Assembly (NCBI RefSeq): GCF_030684315.1
Contig: NC_081400.1
Location: 8,313,464-8,377,463, forward strand
Direction: 5' to 3'
Source of the DNA: Stegostoma tigrinum
Taxonomy: Eukaryota
Length of the DNA: 64,000 nt
Shown: positions 13,597 through 26,607 of the stretch, piece after piece
Layout of the letters: each line of letters opens with the position of its first letter
Position numbering within the stretch: the stretch's first letter is position 1
Translations under genes and position numbers: made by a program
Notes under the pieces: model-generated
Told to the model about the DNA's origin: nothing
The model's database searches: none
The model's input: only the letters and a program-made list of their open reading frames with translations

Positions 13597-14939
13597 AATG
13601 TAGAACACTACCAGAGTGAGATTAAGCACTTTGAAACTGGAGCTGTCTTTATTCATTGGTAAATCTTTTCTTAAGGCGGGTGTGTAATGACACTTTGCCT
13701 TTATAGATTTGTTTCTATCCTGCTTCTCTTGTAGAGGGGTGTTGTCACATTGGTGTCAACATGTCTCATTCATACATGCAGTTGGTTAACATCTTTGAGT
13801 TCTCCCTGTGTGGTTTTATTTAAAATTGTGATGAAATGTAAGATAAAACAATCACAAAAAGTTGGAGTCAGGATCAGAGAGTCGGAAAAGGACTTTAGCT
13901 TTGCTTTCTGTTGTTCGGGTAGATTTTTGCTGGCTGCTGGAGCTAAAAGCTTCAGTTCTGTGCTGCTGGATTAATGTCTTAGACAGAGAGGTTTACTTTT
14001 AAGATTAAACAAAACGGATTTTATTTCTTAACGGTGTTAATTTCTATTGGATTGGAGGCAGACAGCACGTGGGAATAATAAGTGTTTTGCTGAATTGTGT
14101 TTGTCAACAGTGTGTTTGTGACATGCCGTCTGCCTTGGAACTGTGGTGGATTAATGGTTAAATAATTCATTATCTTACGAAGAATTTAATAGATTATAGC
14201 AATGCCAAATCTTCCTTTTGCTGTATTTTCATTGTTTCATTGCAATAACATGTACTCTGATTAAGGTTTAGCAATCGACCAACTGAATCTTATCTTTAAC
14301 AGCACTTCATATGTACCTGTCAAAAAATTCAATGTTAGGGTGTTGGCTATTTCCATGATATACTTGGGCAGATTAGCTATGGGAAGTGCAGGCTTGTTTG
14401 GATAGGTTGGGGAGTTCGATCTAAGTGTGCTGTTCTCCAAAATGAACTCGATAGGCCTAATGGAGTTCTTCCACACTGAAAGTTACTTCTCATGAGATAA
14501 TGCTAATAATTGGTGATGTAAGAAAATCGAAGAAAATGAAGTTTGTCAACTGATTAAGAAAATCAATTTATTGACAGATTTGGCTGCGGTGATGACATTC
14601 GGTTAATATGAATCTGCAGTGAATACTTGAATTGGACTTGGTAATTATTGCAAGCAAAGAGACATTTAAAGTTGGCCTGACACAAATTAGTTTTCAGCAT
14701 TTTCTCTTCAAATGTCATTGAATTAAAAACTTTGACATATGCAACATGTGCAATGTTTGTAGATTCTAGTTTGTAACATTCAAAATAGTGGTGCACACCA
14801 TAAGCCAGTAATTGCAACTATTTGTCTTTGTGAAAGAGGTGCCTTATTTTAAATTCTGCACTTGTGCGATTTTATTTGCTAAATTAAGATGAAGAATTCC
14901 GGTCTAGTTTGCTACATTTAAACTCTAATAAATTAGCTA

Positions 14940-15978
14940 TTTAGTTTGACTTGATTTATTGTTGTCAAATGTACCAAGATACAGTGATGGTACAAAGTGC
15001 ATCAGACAGCAATACAGAGTGCAGAATGCAGTGTTACAGTTGCAGACAGAGGGAGCTCAACATTGACATTTGAGAATGCCAGTTAAAAGTTTGAAAAGGG
15101 AAGAAGCTATTCTTCAATCTGATCATAAGTGTATTCAAACTTTTGTATCTTCTGCTTAATGGAAGAAGGTACAACCAGGCTGAGAGGTTACTTTATTATG
15201 TTGGTGCCTTTCCCATGGCAGCAGAAAATTTTGATGGAGTCAATCGATGCAAGGCTACATTGCGTGATGGATGGGGCTGTGTACATGCCTCTGCACGTTC
15301 TTGTGGTTTTAGGAACAGCAGTTGTCACACCATGCTATGACATATCCAGACAATATGCTTTCTCTGGTGCAAATGGAAACATTAATAAGAGTCTTTGTGA
15401 ACATGCCAAATTTCTTTAGCTTGCAGAGGAATTAGAAATATTGTTCTGCTTCTTTGACAGCCACTTTCACATGGATGGACCACAACAGACAGTTGATGAT
15501 CATCATTCACAGGGTCTTGACACTCTGTATGACCTCTACTTCAGCATCATTGATGCAGACACGGGACGTGTGCTCCAGTCCGCCTCCTGAAGTCGATGAC
15601 CAGAGCCTTCATTTTGCTGATGTTGATGGAAAGATTGTGGTCCTTCAACGATGCTGCTCAGCTCTCAGTCTCTTTTCTGAACTCTGTCTCTTTATCGTTG
15701 AAGATCCAACCCACAATGCTGATGTCATCATCCCATCCCAATGGAGTCGTGGTGGAATTTGACTTCACAGCCGGGAGTGCATTAGGAGTACAGTAGAGAC
15801 ATGAGTATGAGGCCTTGTGGGGCTCTGGTGTTGATGTTTATTGTGGAGAATGAGTTTGCAACGATTCTCACTGATCAGGACTTTGTTGATCCAATTACAG
15901 AGAGGGAAGCTGAGACCTAGGTCTTGAGGTTTTGAGGTATATTTGTTTGGAATTATGTTGTTGAAGGCATAGCTATCG
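14940..15978 (-). mobile_element. Rex1/Babar-like LINE fragment
   Basis: SYAFNNIIPNK..DLGLSFPLCNWI in ORF 15765..16055 resembles the Rex1 RT motif DYSSAFNTIIP..L.DLGL...LCNWI. Confidence 0.65.
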
Positions 15979-18056
15979 TCCTCCCACCCACAGCCTCCAA
16001 CCTCATTGTTCCCCAACCCCGCATGGCCTGTTTCTATCTCCTTCCCAAAATCCACAAACCTGCCTGCCCTGGTCGACCCATCATTTCAGCCTGTTCCTGC
16101 CCCACCGAACTCATCTCCACCTATTTGGACTCTATTTTCTATCCTTTGGTCCAGAAACTGCCTACCTACGTCCATGGCACCACCCACGCCCTCAACCTTC
16201 TTCAGGACTTCCAATTCCCTGGCCCCCAACACCTCATTTTCACTATGGACTTCCAGAGCCTATACACCTGTAATCCTCATGCAGATGGCCTCAAGGCCCT
16301 CTGCTTCTTCCTGTCCCACAGGCCTGACCAATCCCCCTCTACCCACAAGCTCAACCACCTAGCCGAACTCGTCCTTACCCTCAAAAACTTCTCTTTCGAT
16401 TCCTCCCACATCCTACAGACAAAGGGAGTGACCGTGGGTACCCGCATGGGCCCCAGCTATGCCTGCCTCTTTGTAGGTTACGAGGAACAGCCCCTCTTCT
16501 GCACCTACACAGGCCCCAAACCCCACCTCTTCCTCTGTTACGTTAATGACTGTATTGGTGCCGCCTCTTGCCCCCCAGAGGAGGTCAAACAGTTCATCCT
16601 CTTCACCAACACCTTCCACCCCAACCTCAGGTTCACCTGGACCATCTCCAACACATCCCTCACCTTCCTGGACCTCTCAGTCTCCATCTCAGGTAACCAG
16701 CTAGAAACTGATGTCCATTTCAAGCACACTGACTGCCACAGCTACCTAGAATACAGCTCCTCCCTCCCACCGTCCTGCAAAAATTCCATCCCCATTCCCA
16801 ATTCCTCCGCCTCCGCCGCATCTGCTCCCACGATAAGGCATTCCACTCCTCCCGCACATCCCAGATGTCCACGTTCTTCCAGGACCACAACTTTCCCCCC
16901 ACAATGGTCGAGAACGCCCTTGACCACGTGTCCCACGTTTCCCGCAATACATCACTCATACCCCGCCCCCGCCACAACCGCCTCCAGAGGATCCCCCTCG
17001 TCCTCACACACCACCCCACCAACCTCCAGATACAACGCATCATCCTCCGACACTTTCGCTATCTACAAACCGACCCCACCACTCAAGCCATTTTTCCACC
17101 CCCACCCTTGTCTGCCTTCCAGAAAGACCACGTTTCTGTGACTCCCTTATCCGCTCCACACTCCCCTCCAACCTCACCACACCTGGCACCCTCCCCCGCA
17201 ACCACAAGAAGTGCTATCCTTGCCCCCACAACTCCTCCCTCACCCATATCCCAGGCCTCAAGATGATTTTCCATATCAAGCAGATGTTGACCTGCACATC
17301 TGCCAATGTGGTACATTGTATCCATTTTAACCGGTGTGGCTTCCTCTACTTTGGGGAAACCAAGCAGAGGCTTGGTGACCGCTTTGCAGAACACCTCTAC
17401 TCGGTTCACAACAAACAACTGCACCTCCCAGTCGCAAACCATTTTAACTCCCCCTCCCATTCCTCAGATGACATGTCCATCATGGGCCTCCTGCAGTGCC
17501 ACAATGATGCCACTCGTAGGTTGCAGGAACAGCAACTCATATTCCGCTTGGGATCCCTGCAGCCCAATGGTATCAATGTGGACCTCATAAGCTTCGAAAT
17601 CTCCCCTTTCCCCACTGCATCCCAAAACCAGCCCAGTTCTTCCCCTCCCCCCGCCGCATCACACAACGAGTCCAGCTCGACCCCTCCCCCCACTGCATCC
17701 CAAAACCAGCCCAGCCTGTCTCCGCTTCCCTAACTTGTTCTACCTCTCACCCATCCCTTCCTCCCACCTCAAGCCGCACCTCCATTTCCTACCTATCACC
17801 TCATCCCGCCTCCTTGCCCTGTCCGTCTTCCCTGGACTGACCTATCCCCTCCCTACCTCCTCACCTATACTCTCCTCTCTACCTATCTTTTTTTCTCTAC
17901 ATCTTCCGTCCGCCTCTCCCTCTCTCCCTATTTATTCCAGTTCCCTCTCCCCATCCCCCTCTGTGATGAAGGGTCGAGGCCCGAAACGTCAGCTTTTGTG
18001 CTCCTGAGATGCTGCTTGGCCTGCTGTGTTCATCCAGTTCCACACTTTGTTATCTT
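15979..18056 (+). mobile_element. Penelope-like element, 5'-truncated, relatively young (RT, GIY-YIG, terminal repeat)
   Basis: ORF 16023..17141 (FYLLPKIHKP..GRPIIS, TMDFQSLYT, QTKGVTVGTRMGPSYACLF, YVND); ORF 17263..17733 GIY-YIG (VVHCIH..C..LYFGET..RFAEH); frameshifted. Confidence 0.95.
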
Positions 18057-18059
18057 ATA

Positions 18060-19170
18060 TCCAAATATGTCTTTTTCTTCATTAGCCAGCGCAACACATA
18101 CATTTTACATTAACTCTAATTATGCAGTCACTACTACAGTCTATTTCAGTCTGTCTTTGCCCCACCACTGAACACTTCCATCTTCCTTCGGCAAAACCAC
18201 GAAATTGCCTCAGCAATTAAGCCTGGACATATTTAAACAGATCCACACCAAGCCTTTGGTTAAGATGGTTTCATCTTTGTTACTAACGTTATCACTGCTA
18301 CAACTTTTTACATTAACTTCTGCCATTTCAAGCCAACTGCCACTTTCAAGTCCCAAATTCTGAAATTCAGAACTTCTCTGTCTCTCTCTCTCTCTAGCTC
18401 TTTCTTCTGCTTTTAATCATAACTCAAACCTTTCATTTCTTTTTCAGTTTCAAGCTTTTTAAAGATTTTGTTCATTGTTCTCTGCATCTTTCCATCCCTC
18501 TGTTTTGACTTCTGCCTCCCCTTTTGTTCTTCCTCTTTCCATTGCCATTGTCATCTCAATCAAACTGCTTCATTTGCAATAGGATTTTAGCTTTTTCCAA
18601 GTATTGGGATTGCATTTCTTGCAAAATAAGTGTTACGCTATCACTGCAATTTCCTCCCTTGTCCTCACAACAAAGGCAACCCCTACCTCTGCTCATCTAT
18701 CAATTCCACAAGCTCTGTCTTCTTCATGTTCTGTAAGCCACTCCGAGTGATTGCTCTCACACCCAGGAAACTCTTAAGCTCTCATGAAGCCATTGTGACA
18801 CAACGCACTCCCTGTTTAAATGAATCAAATGCTACATTTAAAAGAGAATATGAATAGTCTCCAATCACTGTCTTTCAGTCCAATAATTCTAAACCCAAGA
18901 CCAATTTAAAGATCTTGATCTCAGACGAGACTCAATTTTGTTTTGAATCAGACTGGCCTCCTAGTTCCCACGATATAGTAAGGAAATAGCTTAAACACGA
19001 ACATGCTCTTTGTGTTAAGGTGATGTGAGATTTTTTTTTGTCAGATGCAATCTGATGTGTCCACCATCAGGCTTCTAGAAAAAGATACTAAATTGTTACA
19101 AAACAATTCAAACACAAATGAAAAGACTACTGAATACTGAAGAAGATAATATATGAATTAACTACGAATG
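18060..19170 (-). mobile_element. Gypsy/Gmr1-like LTR element 5' fragment (LTR end, PBS, gag)
   Basis: Minus strand ..tcaaaaca-aaattgagtctcgtctgagatc resembles an LTR end plus tRNA-Pro-type PBS near 18915-18945, followed by purine-rich gag-like sequence. Confidence 0.5.
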
Positions 19171-19624
19171 AGCAACTGTTCCAGAGTTTCAGACTATTTT
19201 CCCCAGAGGACACATATCAATGACGACATCACTTAGGTTTAAGGTAAAAGGGGATCAGTTTAAATGAAATGTGAGAGGCTTTTTCTTTCGACAGAGGTTG
19301 AAAAGTACCTGGAACGTGCGAGCAGAGGATGTTGTGGAGGATCAAAATTTGAGGGTCATCTTGGCAGATAAATGGACAGGTAGGGAAGAGAGATATAGGC
19401 TGAGTAGAAGCTAAAGATGTTTTTTTTGGTTTAGAAAGGCATCCTGTATTGGCAGGACCTTGTTCGAGTGAAGGCCTGTTCCTGTATTGTACTGTTGGTT
19501 CTTAACACAAGGTCAAGTGCCGATAAAAACAGCGACACACACGTAATAATGGTGGTAAGTGGAATGGTGACATTTATGTTACAGTAGACGGCATATAGAT
19601 TTTGTTATGTTATTATACAATTTT

Positions 19625-19890
19625 ATAAGATCAGATTCCCTACAGCGTGGAAACAGGCCCTTCGGCCCAAAAAATTCACACGGCCACTTGAAGCATCCAT
19701 CCAGACACATCCCCCTACAATGCACACACCCCTGAACACGACAGGCATCTTTGAACTTTGGGAGGAAACCCATGCAGACATGGGGAGAATGTGCAAACTC
19801 CACACAGGCAGTCGCCCTAAATTGGAATCAAACCTGGGTCACTGACACCATGAGGCTGCAGTGCTAACCACTGAGCCACCGTGCCGCCTT
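19625..19890 (-). mobile_element. HE1-like (V-SINE) shark SINE
   Basis: Minus strand ggcggcacggtggctcagtggttagcactgcagcctca..tgtgtggagtttgcacattctcccc, then a CR1-like tail. Confidence 0.88.
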
Positions 19891-20954
19891 AATGCTGATC
19901 AGATTACACTTGAAGCCTGTGTTCTTGGAATAGTGCATGTGGCAAGCAGCTGAAGGACCGTGGACATTCCAAGGAATGCTCATATTAGACTCAAAAAGGT
20001 AGCACTGCTTCTCTCTCCACAGGCACTGCTGGACATATTGTGTTTCTGTGTGACCAAAAATAAAGCAAATCATTTGATTGACATGGAATACAATACAGTA
20101 AACTCATTCTCTGCCTCTATGACAATGATAGTGAGAGCAGTGTGTCGACTGCATGCAGATATAAATTTCACAAAAATCATTTGTAAGTAACACACAAAAC
20201 TGTAATTAGTAACGGTTAGCAATGTAAAGTTAGCAGTCTCCAGACAGCAGAATAAACTAAATGTTCTATTCTAATTTTCTGGTAATTTCTGGTCTTGAGA
20301 TGTATTGTTATTCTTCCAATATTTCAACATTCAACACACTTCAACAGACCCTGTAATCTACCTTTGATGGTGCAAAATATTACATATATCCATATGAAAC
20401 TTTGCATCAACTCAAACAAAGTAAACATTTTGAATTCTGACAAATTATTGGTCTTATCAACAGTGTACGTATACTTAAAAGGATAATAACAAGAAATAAA
20501 ACTGTCCTCAGTAGCAGGTGAATCTTTACAACTTTGATCATTTCCATGTTGGAATGGTAATTCATTCATGACAGTTGGATATCAGATTGGTGAAGTATAG
20601 TGAAATCTTCAATTGGTGGAACAGATCCGTGTTCCAGGTTTCATTGTGTTTCCTCCTCACATGAATTAAACATTCACCTCTACACAAATGGGTCATAAAA
20701 TACAAGGACACAACACAAATTTAGGAAAACATTTCTTTGAAAATTACTGAAGCACACTTCTTAGGTGGCTTCCCATTCAGAGAAAACATGCCACATGTTC
20801 TTCAAGTCATGAATGCCCCGTTCATCAAAGTATTGGATCTTCGTTAAATTTCAACGGAGCATAAAAAGTCTGGATAACAAATCAGAAACTATTATCAGAA
20901 ACTTGGGAGCAGGGAACAGCAATTCAACATTTGTTTAACAACTTCAGTTAAGAG

Positions 20955-22530
20955 TTATAGAGTCATAGAGTTATACACTGCAGAAAAGGCACTTCGGCCC
21001 AATGGGTCTATACCAGCATAACTACTGCTGATTACACTTCCTTGCGCTTCTCTCATATTGCCGAATTTCCTCCAATTTTGTAAGGATTGCAATCTCCACC
21101 ATTTCCCCAGGAAGTGCATTCCCGATTCCCACTGCCTTCTGCCTAAAAAGGTTTTGCTTTATTTTTCTGAAACGCCCCACGAATTATCGTGACCCTCTCA
21201 TGATTGACAATCTCAATCAAGGACATTTCTGCTCTCTATTCTGCCTGCACACACCCCTCATAAACTTATACACCTCAGTCGTATACCCTCTCGGTCTGCT
21301 AGACTCTTCAGAAAACAATTCAAGCCTGTCTAATTACATCCCACAGATCAATTTCTCCAACCCAGGCAACATACCAGTGACCTCCTATGTACCCCATCGA
21401 ATGATATCACATCCTTCCTGTAGTGAGCTGACCAGAAATGCACATAATACTCCAAATGTAATCGAACTAACGCTTTGCAGAAGTCCAACATTAACTCCTT
21501 GAACGTATATGTACCACAAACCATGAACGTAAGCGTCCCTTATGCCTCCCTAACGGTCTTATTCACGTACTCTGCCTACAGCAGGGATCTGAGTCATTAA
21601 CGCAAGATACTTCGCTTCTGCGAAGCTACACAATGTCCTGCAATTAACTAAATATTCCCTCAACTTGTTTCTTCTTGAAAAGTACATCAACCCAAACTGG
21701 TCAGAGTTAAATATTATTTGCCAAACCTGTGTCCCAATGAATAAACTATCTATACCCTCCTGCAAACGTCAATCATTTTCTTCAATATTAACCACATTAC
21801 TAATTTTGGTGTTGGCTGCAAACTTATTAAAGATCTCCCCCTAAACCCCACCACACATACGCACACTACATTTTCATCTATATCATGTGTGTACAAACAA
21901 TAAGGTTTATAATACTGATCCTTGCATTCCACCACTGGACACCGGCCTCCCATAATTCGAACTGTTTTCCAGCACAAGCCCAGTTTGTGTCCATCCCGCC
22001 AAGTGTCCCTGTACTCCGTGAGTTTTAATCTTATCAATTATTCTCCCATGTTAGGCTTTCCCAAAACCTTTGCAAAGAACAATATAAAACACAACTACTG
22101 ATCGTCCCCCATCTACACTCTTGATGATATTTTCTGAAAGAATCTAACAAATTTAATTGGCATGACCTCCCTCTGAAAAAGACATACTGACTATGTTTAA
22201 AGAACCCATGATTCTCCATATGGGTATTAATTCTGTCTCTCAGAAAATTTTCCAAAAGTTCCCTATCACTAACATATGATTCAGCACCTGTTTTTCTGGT
22301 TCATTGCTACCACCCTACATAAAATGTGGAACCACATTAGCATCTTCCAGTCCACTGGCACGTCATCTGGAGCCAGATAGCAATTGCAAATTTGTGTAAG
22401 AGGCCCTGAAATTACCTCCCTTATCTCCCAGAGCAGCCCAGGATGAAATTCATCCAGGACTGGAGATTTGTCCGTTTTCAGCCTGACACAGCCTTCTTCA
22501 ACACTCTTCCAGTGTCTGTTGGATTCAAAC
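20955..22530 (-). mobile_element. Old CR1 LINE fragment
   Basis: LKTDKSPVLDEFHPGLL..VPVDWK and SQYVFFRGRSCQLNLL; tail agagttatagagtcatagag. Confidence 0.8.
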
Positions 22531-23917
22531 ACAGGTTGCCCCCTTGGTGCCGAATGAACCTCCCTCTTTCACTGCTTAACCGCTTCCCTTTAAAATACTG
22601 AAATAAAACAGGGGTTTACAGTCTTGGTCATTGAGCCAGTGTGTATGCTTGCAGACATTTCGTCACCCTGTCAGATAAGATCAGCGTGGCTCTGGTGAAG
22701 TGTTAGTGTTCTGGCCCATTTGTTACTTATATGCTTCCGTTCGGCACAGGAAGCAAGTCTGCAAACTCAGCCACGACCAAAATACAAGCCTTCTCAAAAA
22801 AAAGTTTAAAATTCAAAAATTAGCGTTCTCACTAATTCTCTTCGTAAGTTCTCCTCCATGCCCCCTTTTTTGTGCTTCTAGTTATTCTATTAAGTTCCCT
22901 CCTGCACTTTCTGTATTCCTCTAGGGCCGCAACTGAATTTCTCCTTTTGAACTTGCTAAAAGCTCCACACATTTTCTTTATTCAGCTCTGAACATATTGC
23001 TCTTATATTACCCTCTAACTGGTATATGTTTGACTTGTACTCTCCCCAGCTCAGTTTTCAATACCTCCTACTGCTGTGCTGTAGGCCTACTTGAAAAGAG
23101 CTGCTCCCAGTCACTTTTGGCCAGATCCTGCTTTGCTTTAATAAAATCTGGCTTCTCCCAATCCAGAGCCATAGCTTGAGGGCTGTTTCTTCCTTCTCCA
23201 GAACAAATTTGAATCATATTTTGTGACGGCCTCTATTGCTCAAATGTACCCCCAGTCCCACAAAGAACACGTCTTACTTCTTTCCCAACAGCCGATTCAA
23301 GCAGTGTACCATTCCTTGTACCGCATAAATCAAAAAGCTCCCCTCGACTGGTTTCAAGAAATCCGTTCCCTCTAAACCCTTAATGCTATGACTATCTCAG
23401 TTTATGTTGTGAAGGATGAAATCTCATTGTATAATTTTGTAATTATTACTCTTACACGCTTCTTACTTTGTTGTGACTCTTTGGGCCCTATTATACACAT
23501 CCATTAAAGTAACTGGCCCCTTAACATTTCCTACAGAAGATTGCTATATCCCGTACTCTTATAAATTGCAATTGATCATAACCAAAAAGGAAAGCTCCCT
23601 CACCCACCCTCACTTTGGAACATGCACAGAGTGAACTGTTCTGTGAACAGAACAGTTCTCTGTTTTCACCCAATGATATGCTTTTAACAATCTAGTTATT
23701 TCAACGAGATCATGTCTTTATCTTCTTTTTATGCAGGAATATTCTTCGCACCTGTCTTGTCGATTCTCAGAATGCAAAAAGAAACAAAATGCTGTCATCA
23801 CAGGACTGAATGCTTATTTTGTAGATCTGTGTAATTTTGAGGATATCTCGATCTATGTTTTTCAATGATTTCACTTCTTTCAAAATGGAAAACTGTGCCA
23901 CATCGTATTGATCGCAA

Positions 23918-23968
23918 TTAAATTTTCGGTCGACTTATGTCACTGTAACTGTTACTATTAAACGTTTT
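23918..23968 (-). CDS. Candidate terminal exon (KTFNSNSYSDISRPKI*)
   Basis: Acceptor ttttccttacactagttttag| in phase 0, open to TAA, contains YxxI. It needs a 65-nt intron, and a competing AG lies 6 nt upstream. Confidence 0.3.
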   Translation of the reverse strand, partial: KTFNSNSYSDISRPKI

Positions 23969-24033
23969 CTAAAACTAGTGTAAGGAAAACGCACGCCTTG
24001 AGAGAAAATTTATGTCGGTTTTCATGCACTTAC

Positions 24034-24092
24034 CTCGTGGTTTGAATCACGTGTTTGAAAATCTGCTGATTCCTTATCTGTGTTCCAGTTGC
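24034..24092 (-). CDS. Exon 5: cytoplasmic (GNWNTDKESADFQTRDSNHE)
   Basis: Acceptor tttactttacatcag| and donor GAG|GTAAGT; 59 nt, phase 1-0. Open and hydrophilic. Confidence 0.75.
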
Positions 24093-24224
24093 CTGATGTA
24101 AAGTAAATAGCCAGTTTGTTAAAGAAATGTATGGCTGATTGGGTTAATTAACATGAAAAGTCAAAAAGCACAAAACGCATGTGTAGATCACAATGAATGT
24201 GTAGCACGAAGGTTCACTTCCTAC

Positions 24225-24353
24225 CTGGGCCGCAATTTCCATAGATACATCCACCAACGACAATTAATATCATGACGAGGGAAATCAATGGCAACGTACT
24301 CCCATAAAACATTAAAGAACAAGCGATATGTTGCGACTCTGAAGAAGGCAGGG
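24225..24353 (-). CDS. Exon 4: stalk and transmembrane (ALPSSESQHIACSLMFYGSTLPLISLVMILIVVGGCIYGNCGP)
   Basis: Acceptor tatatttaatcacag| and donor G|GTAGGA; 129 nt, phase 1-1. Long uncharged hydrophobic stretch preceded by a Cys. Confidence 0.85.
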
Positions 24354-26217
24354 CTGTGATTAAATATAAACAAATTAGGTATCCAATACTTACAAGCAAC
24401 TCAAGAGACCCATCAACGTCAATCCAACCTGCTCATTGTGCAATCCACAAAACCCCCGCAGTAAATAATGTAACCCTTAAAGTTAGACGCAAGACCAATA
24501 AAGTAGCACAAAGACAGAATGAGACACTCAGAGGCAAAAGAAGGTAGAGACACATCTGAAACAAAACGTTCGTCATATAGAGCGACATAAATTTGGAAAC
24601 ATCATCCTGTTGGGCACAGAAGGAGATTATTGAGTCCTCCAAATAATGCTACACCGAACCACGTTGAACTAATTACTTGGATCCCTCTCGGCATACGTCT
24701 ATCAACCCGAATCGAATCCGGAATTCAGCCCGTCTCCTAGAATTAAAGTACTTCAAGGTTCACAATGTTTTTCCACCTGTCACTTAATTTCTCATTCGGA
24801 TTTTCCGTTTGATATGACTTGCAGCGTACATGTATTTGTGTCCACTGAACATTTATGGAAGATCCATTGCCACGATTTCCTGGTACATGCTCAATGTCCT
24901 TTCAGCATTTAACTGTATAAGTAGGTGTTTAGAGAAACTGTGTTAAATATTATCGCCTCCAGTTTCATAAACCGTTACTTAAGTAGCCCTCTCCAAATTT
25001 CTAATATTTCACCACATGCTTTGAAACAGTCAATCTTTCTCCAATCCCCAGTCTTCGCTTTCAGTGATAGCCGTAAGACATAAAAGTGGAAGTAATGCCG
25101 TTCAGTCATTAGTCCACTCGATCCTCATTTAATCATGAGAATTTCAGCTCCACTTGTTTGATAACTTATTTTTTAATAGATTGAGGAGGCTTTTAGCAAG
25201 TTGGAAAAACCATTTCCGAAACAGACAGAATAAAGGGGCTGTTTGACACCACGTGATCAAGAAAAGCCAAAAAGAATGAAGCAAGCTCAATCAGACTGAT
25301 CAGGGTGTCAAAGACAGAAGGGAAGCATGGACATTACTATTCCTAACACTAAATTATGGATAATATGTGAAAAATGTTGATTTAATAAAACTTGGAACAC
25401 GATGAGTAGATATGCTATTGTTGTAACAAATAGATAAACCCGTACTATATAAAACTCGTTTTAAAAATTCTACGATGAGAACAAAACAGAATGCCTGAAC
25501 CAATGGAAAAAAAATGGAAAAACAGTTGCTGTTGCTGTTCTGAAAGAGGAAGTCGGTCAATGAAACCAGTAGAATGAATCGACTTCGACATGATCTTTCC
25601 ACTTCTGAGGCAAGACCAGTCTCGAAGAGATCAATATAACTGCGCAACTCTAATGAAAGCGAATCTGAAGTATGATGAAGCGAAGGAGGTTGGGTGAGTT
25701 GGAAACTCGGGCGTCGATAGAAAGCATAAAGCTTTCTTAAATATGCACGAGAGAAAGGGATGCGAATGCAGGTGCGGCTAATAAAAGTACTATCAAAATA
25801 AATATTTGGGAGGAATCTAGAGAGAAATTAGAGCTCTAGTTCAAATTTATTATCGTTTTAATCACAGTATGTCTTTTCCAACGCGAATGCTATGATAAAT
25901 AGAACAATATTCATAGGCATTAATAAGAAATGTAGCGAAATGGGAAAAAATTTATTATTTCCCATTTTAATCAACAAAACCTCAGATTCGTTCATTATAC
26001 CCTGCTTTATGTGCAAATAGCCTGCTTCAATAAATTATGATAAGAATTGAGAAAACTAAGGAGTGTAAGGCTGAGTTATCTGAAAGAAGTAAATATCTGG
26101 ACAATCAGACGTCGATGCAAAGAATGGGAAGACTTTGAAGATGAAAGGTCATAAAGTCGCAATAAGCTCTAATGTTGGCACTAAACGTAATCATTAATTG
26201 TTGTTGCCAATACTTAC

Positions 26218-26520
26218 CTTTCTGATATGAGATACTTTCACTGTTATGGATTGCAGTTGAGCTGATTTGAACTGAGCAAGTACAGACAGCGCCATATTTC
26301 CAAGCTTCTGCCGGGACTCTGATGTGACTCCTGATACTGTAGACTCCAGTGGAGTCCAATGCCGCAGAACCTGTCCAACCCTCGGCATCCCAGGTGGATA
26401 TATTCCAGTCGATGGGAAAGTTATTAGCGATCACGTTGCTCACTAAACACATCAAAGGGAGAGTTTCCATGGAAACCATTTCTTGCAGCAGTGGAGATAA
26501 AAGAATTACGTTGGGAGGGC
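26218..26520 (-). CDS. Exon 3: Ig C1-set constant-like domain
   Basis: Acceptor tttccaatctcttcag| and donor G|GTAAGTA; 303 nt, phase 1-1. PPNVILLSP..E..LMCLV..IDW..YSIRSHIRVPAEAWKYGAVCTCSV fits the C1-set pattern of Ig/TCR constant domains. Confidence 0.92.
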
Positions 26521-26607
26521 CTGAAGAGATTGGAAAGTCACATGAAATTATTGTTCAACATTGCTTTGTATCGATAGTGAAATCCGTCAATCTGTCTTTA
26601 CTCTTAC

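Larger units (their letters stand above)
6777..15390. repeat. Segmental duplication, copy A (paralog at 55829-64000+)
   Basis: Colinear direct alignment including shared TE insertions and near-identical ORF translations (e.g. 11475..11660 and 60086..60271). Confidence 0.97.

Noticed and set aside
20324-20680. Possible distal terminal exon of the receptor
   Set aside because: Acceptor-like sites exist, but they give an immediate stop or an unrecognisable peptide; cannot be supported without cDNA.
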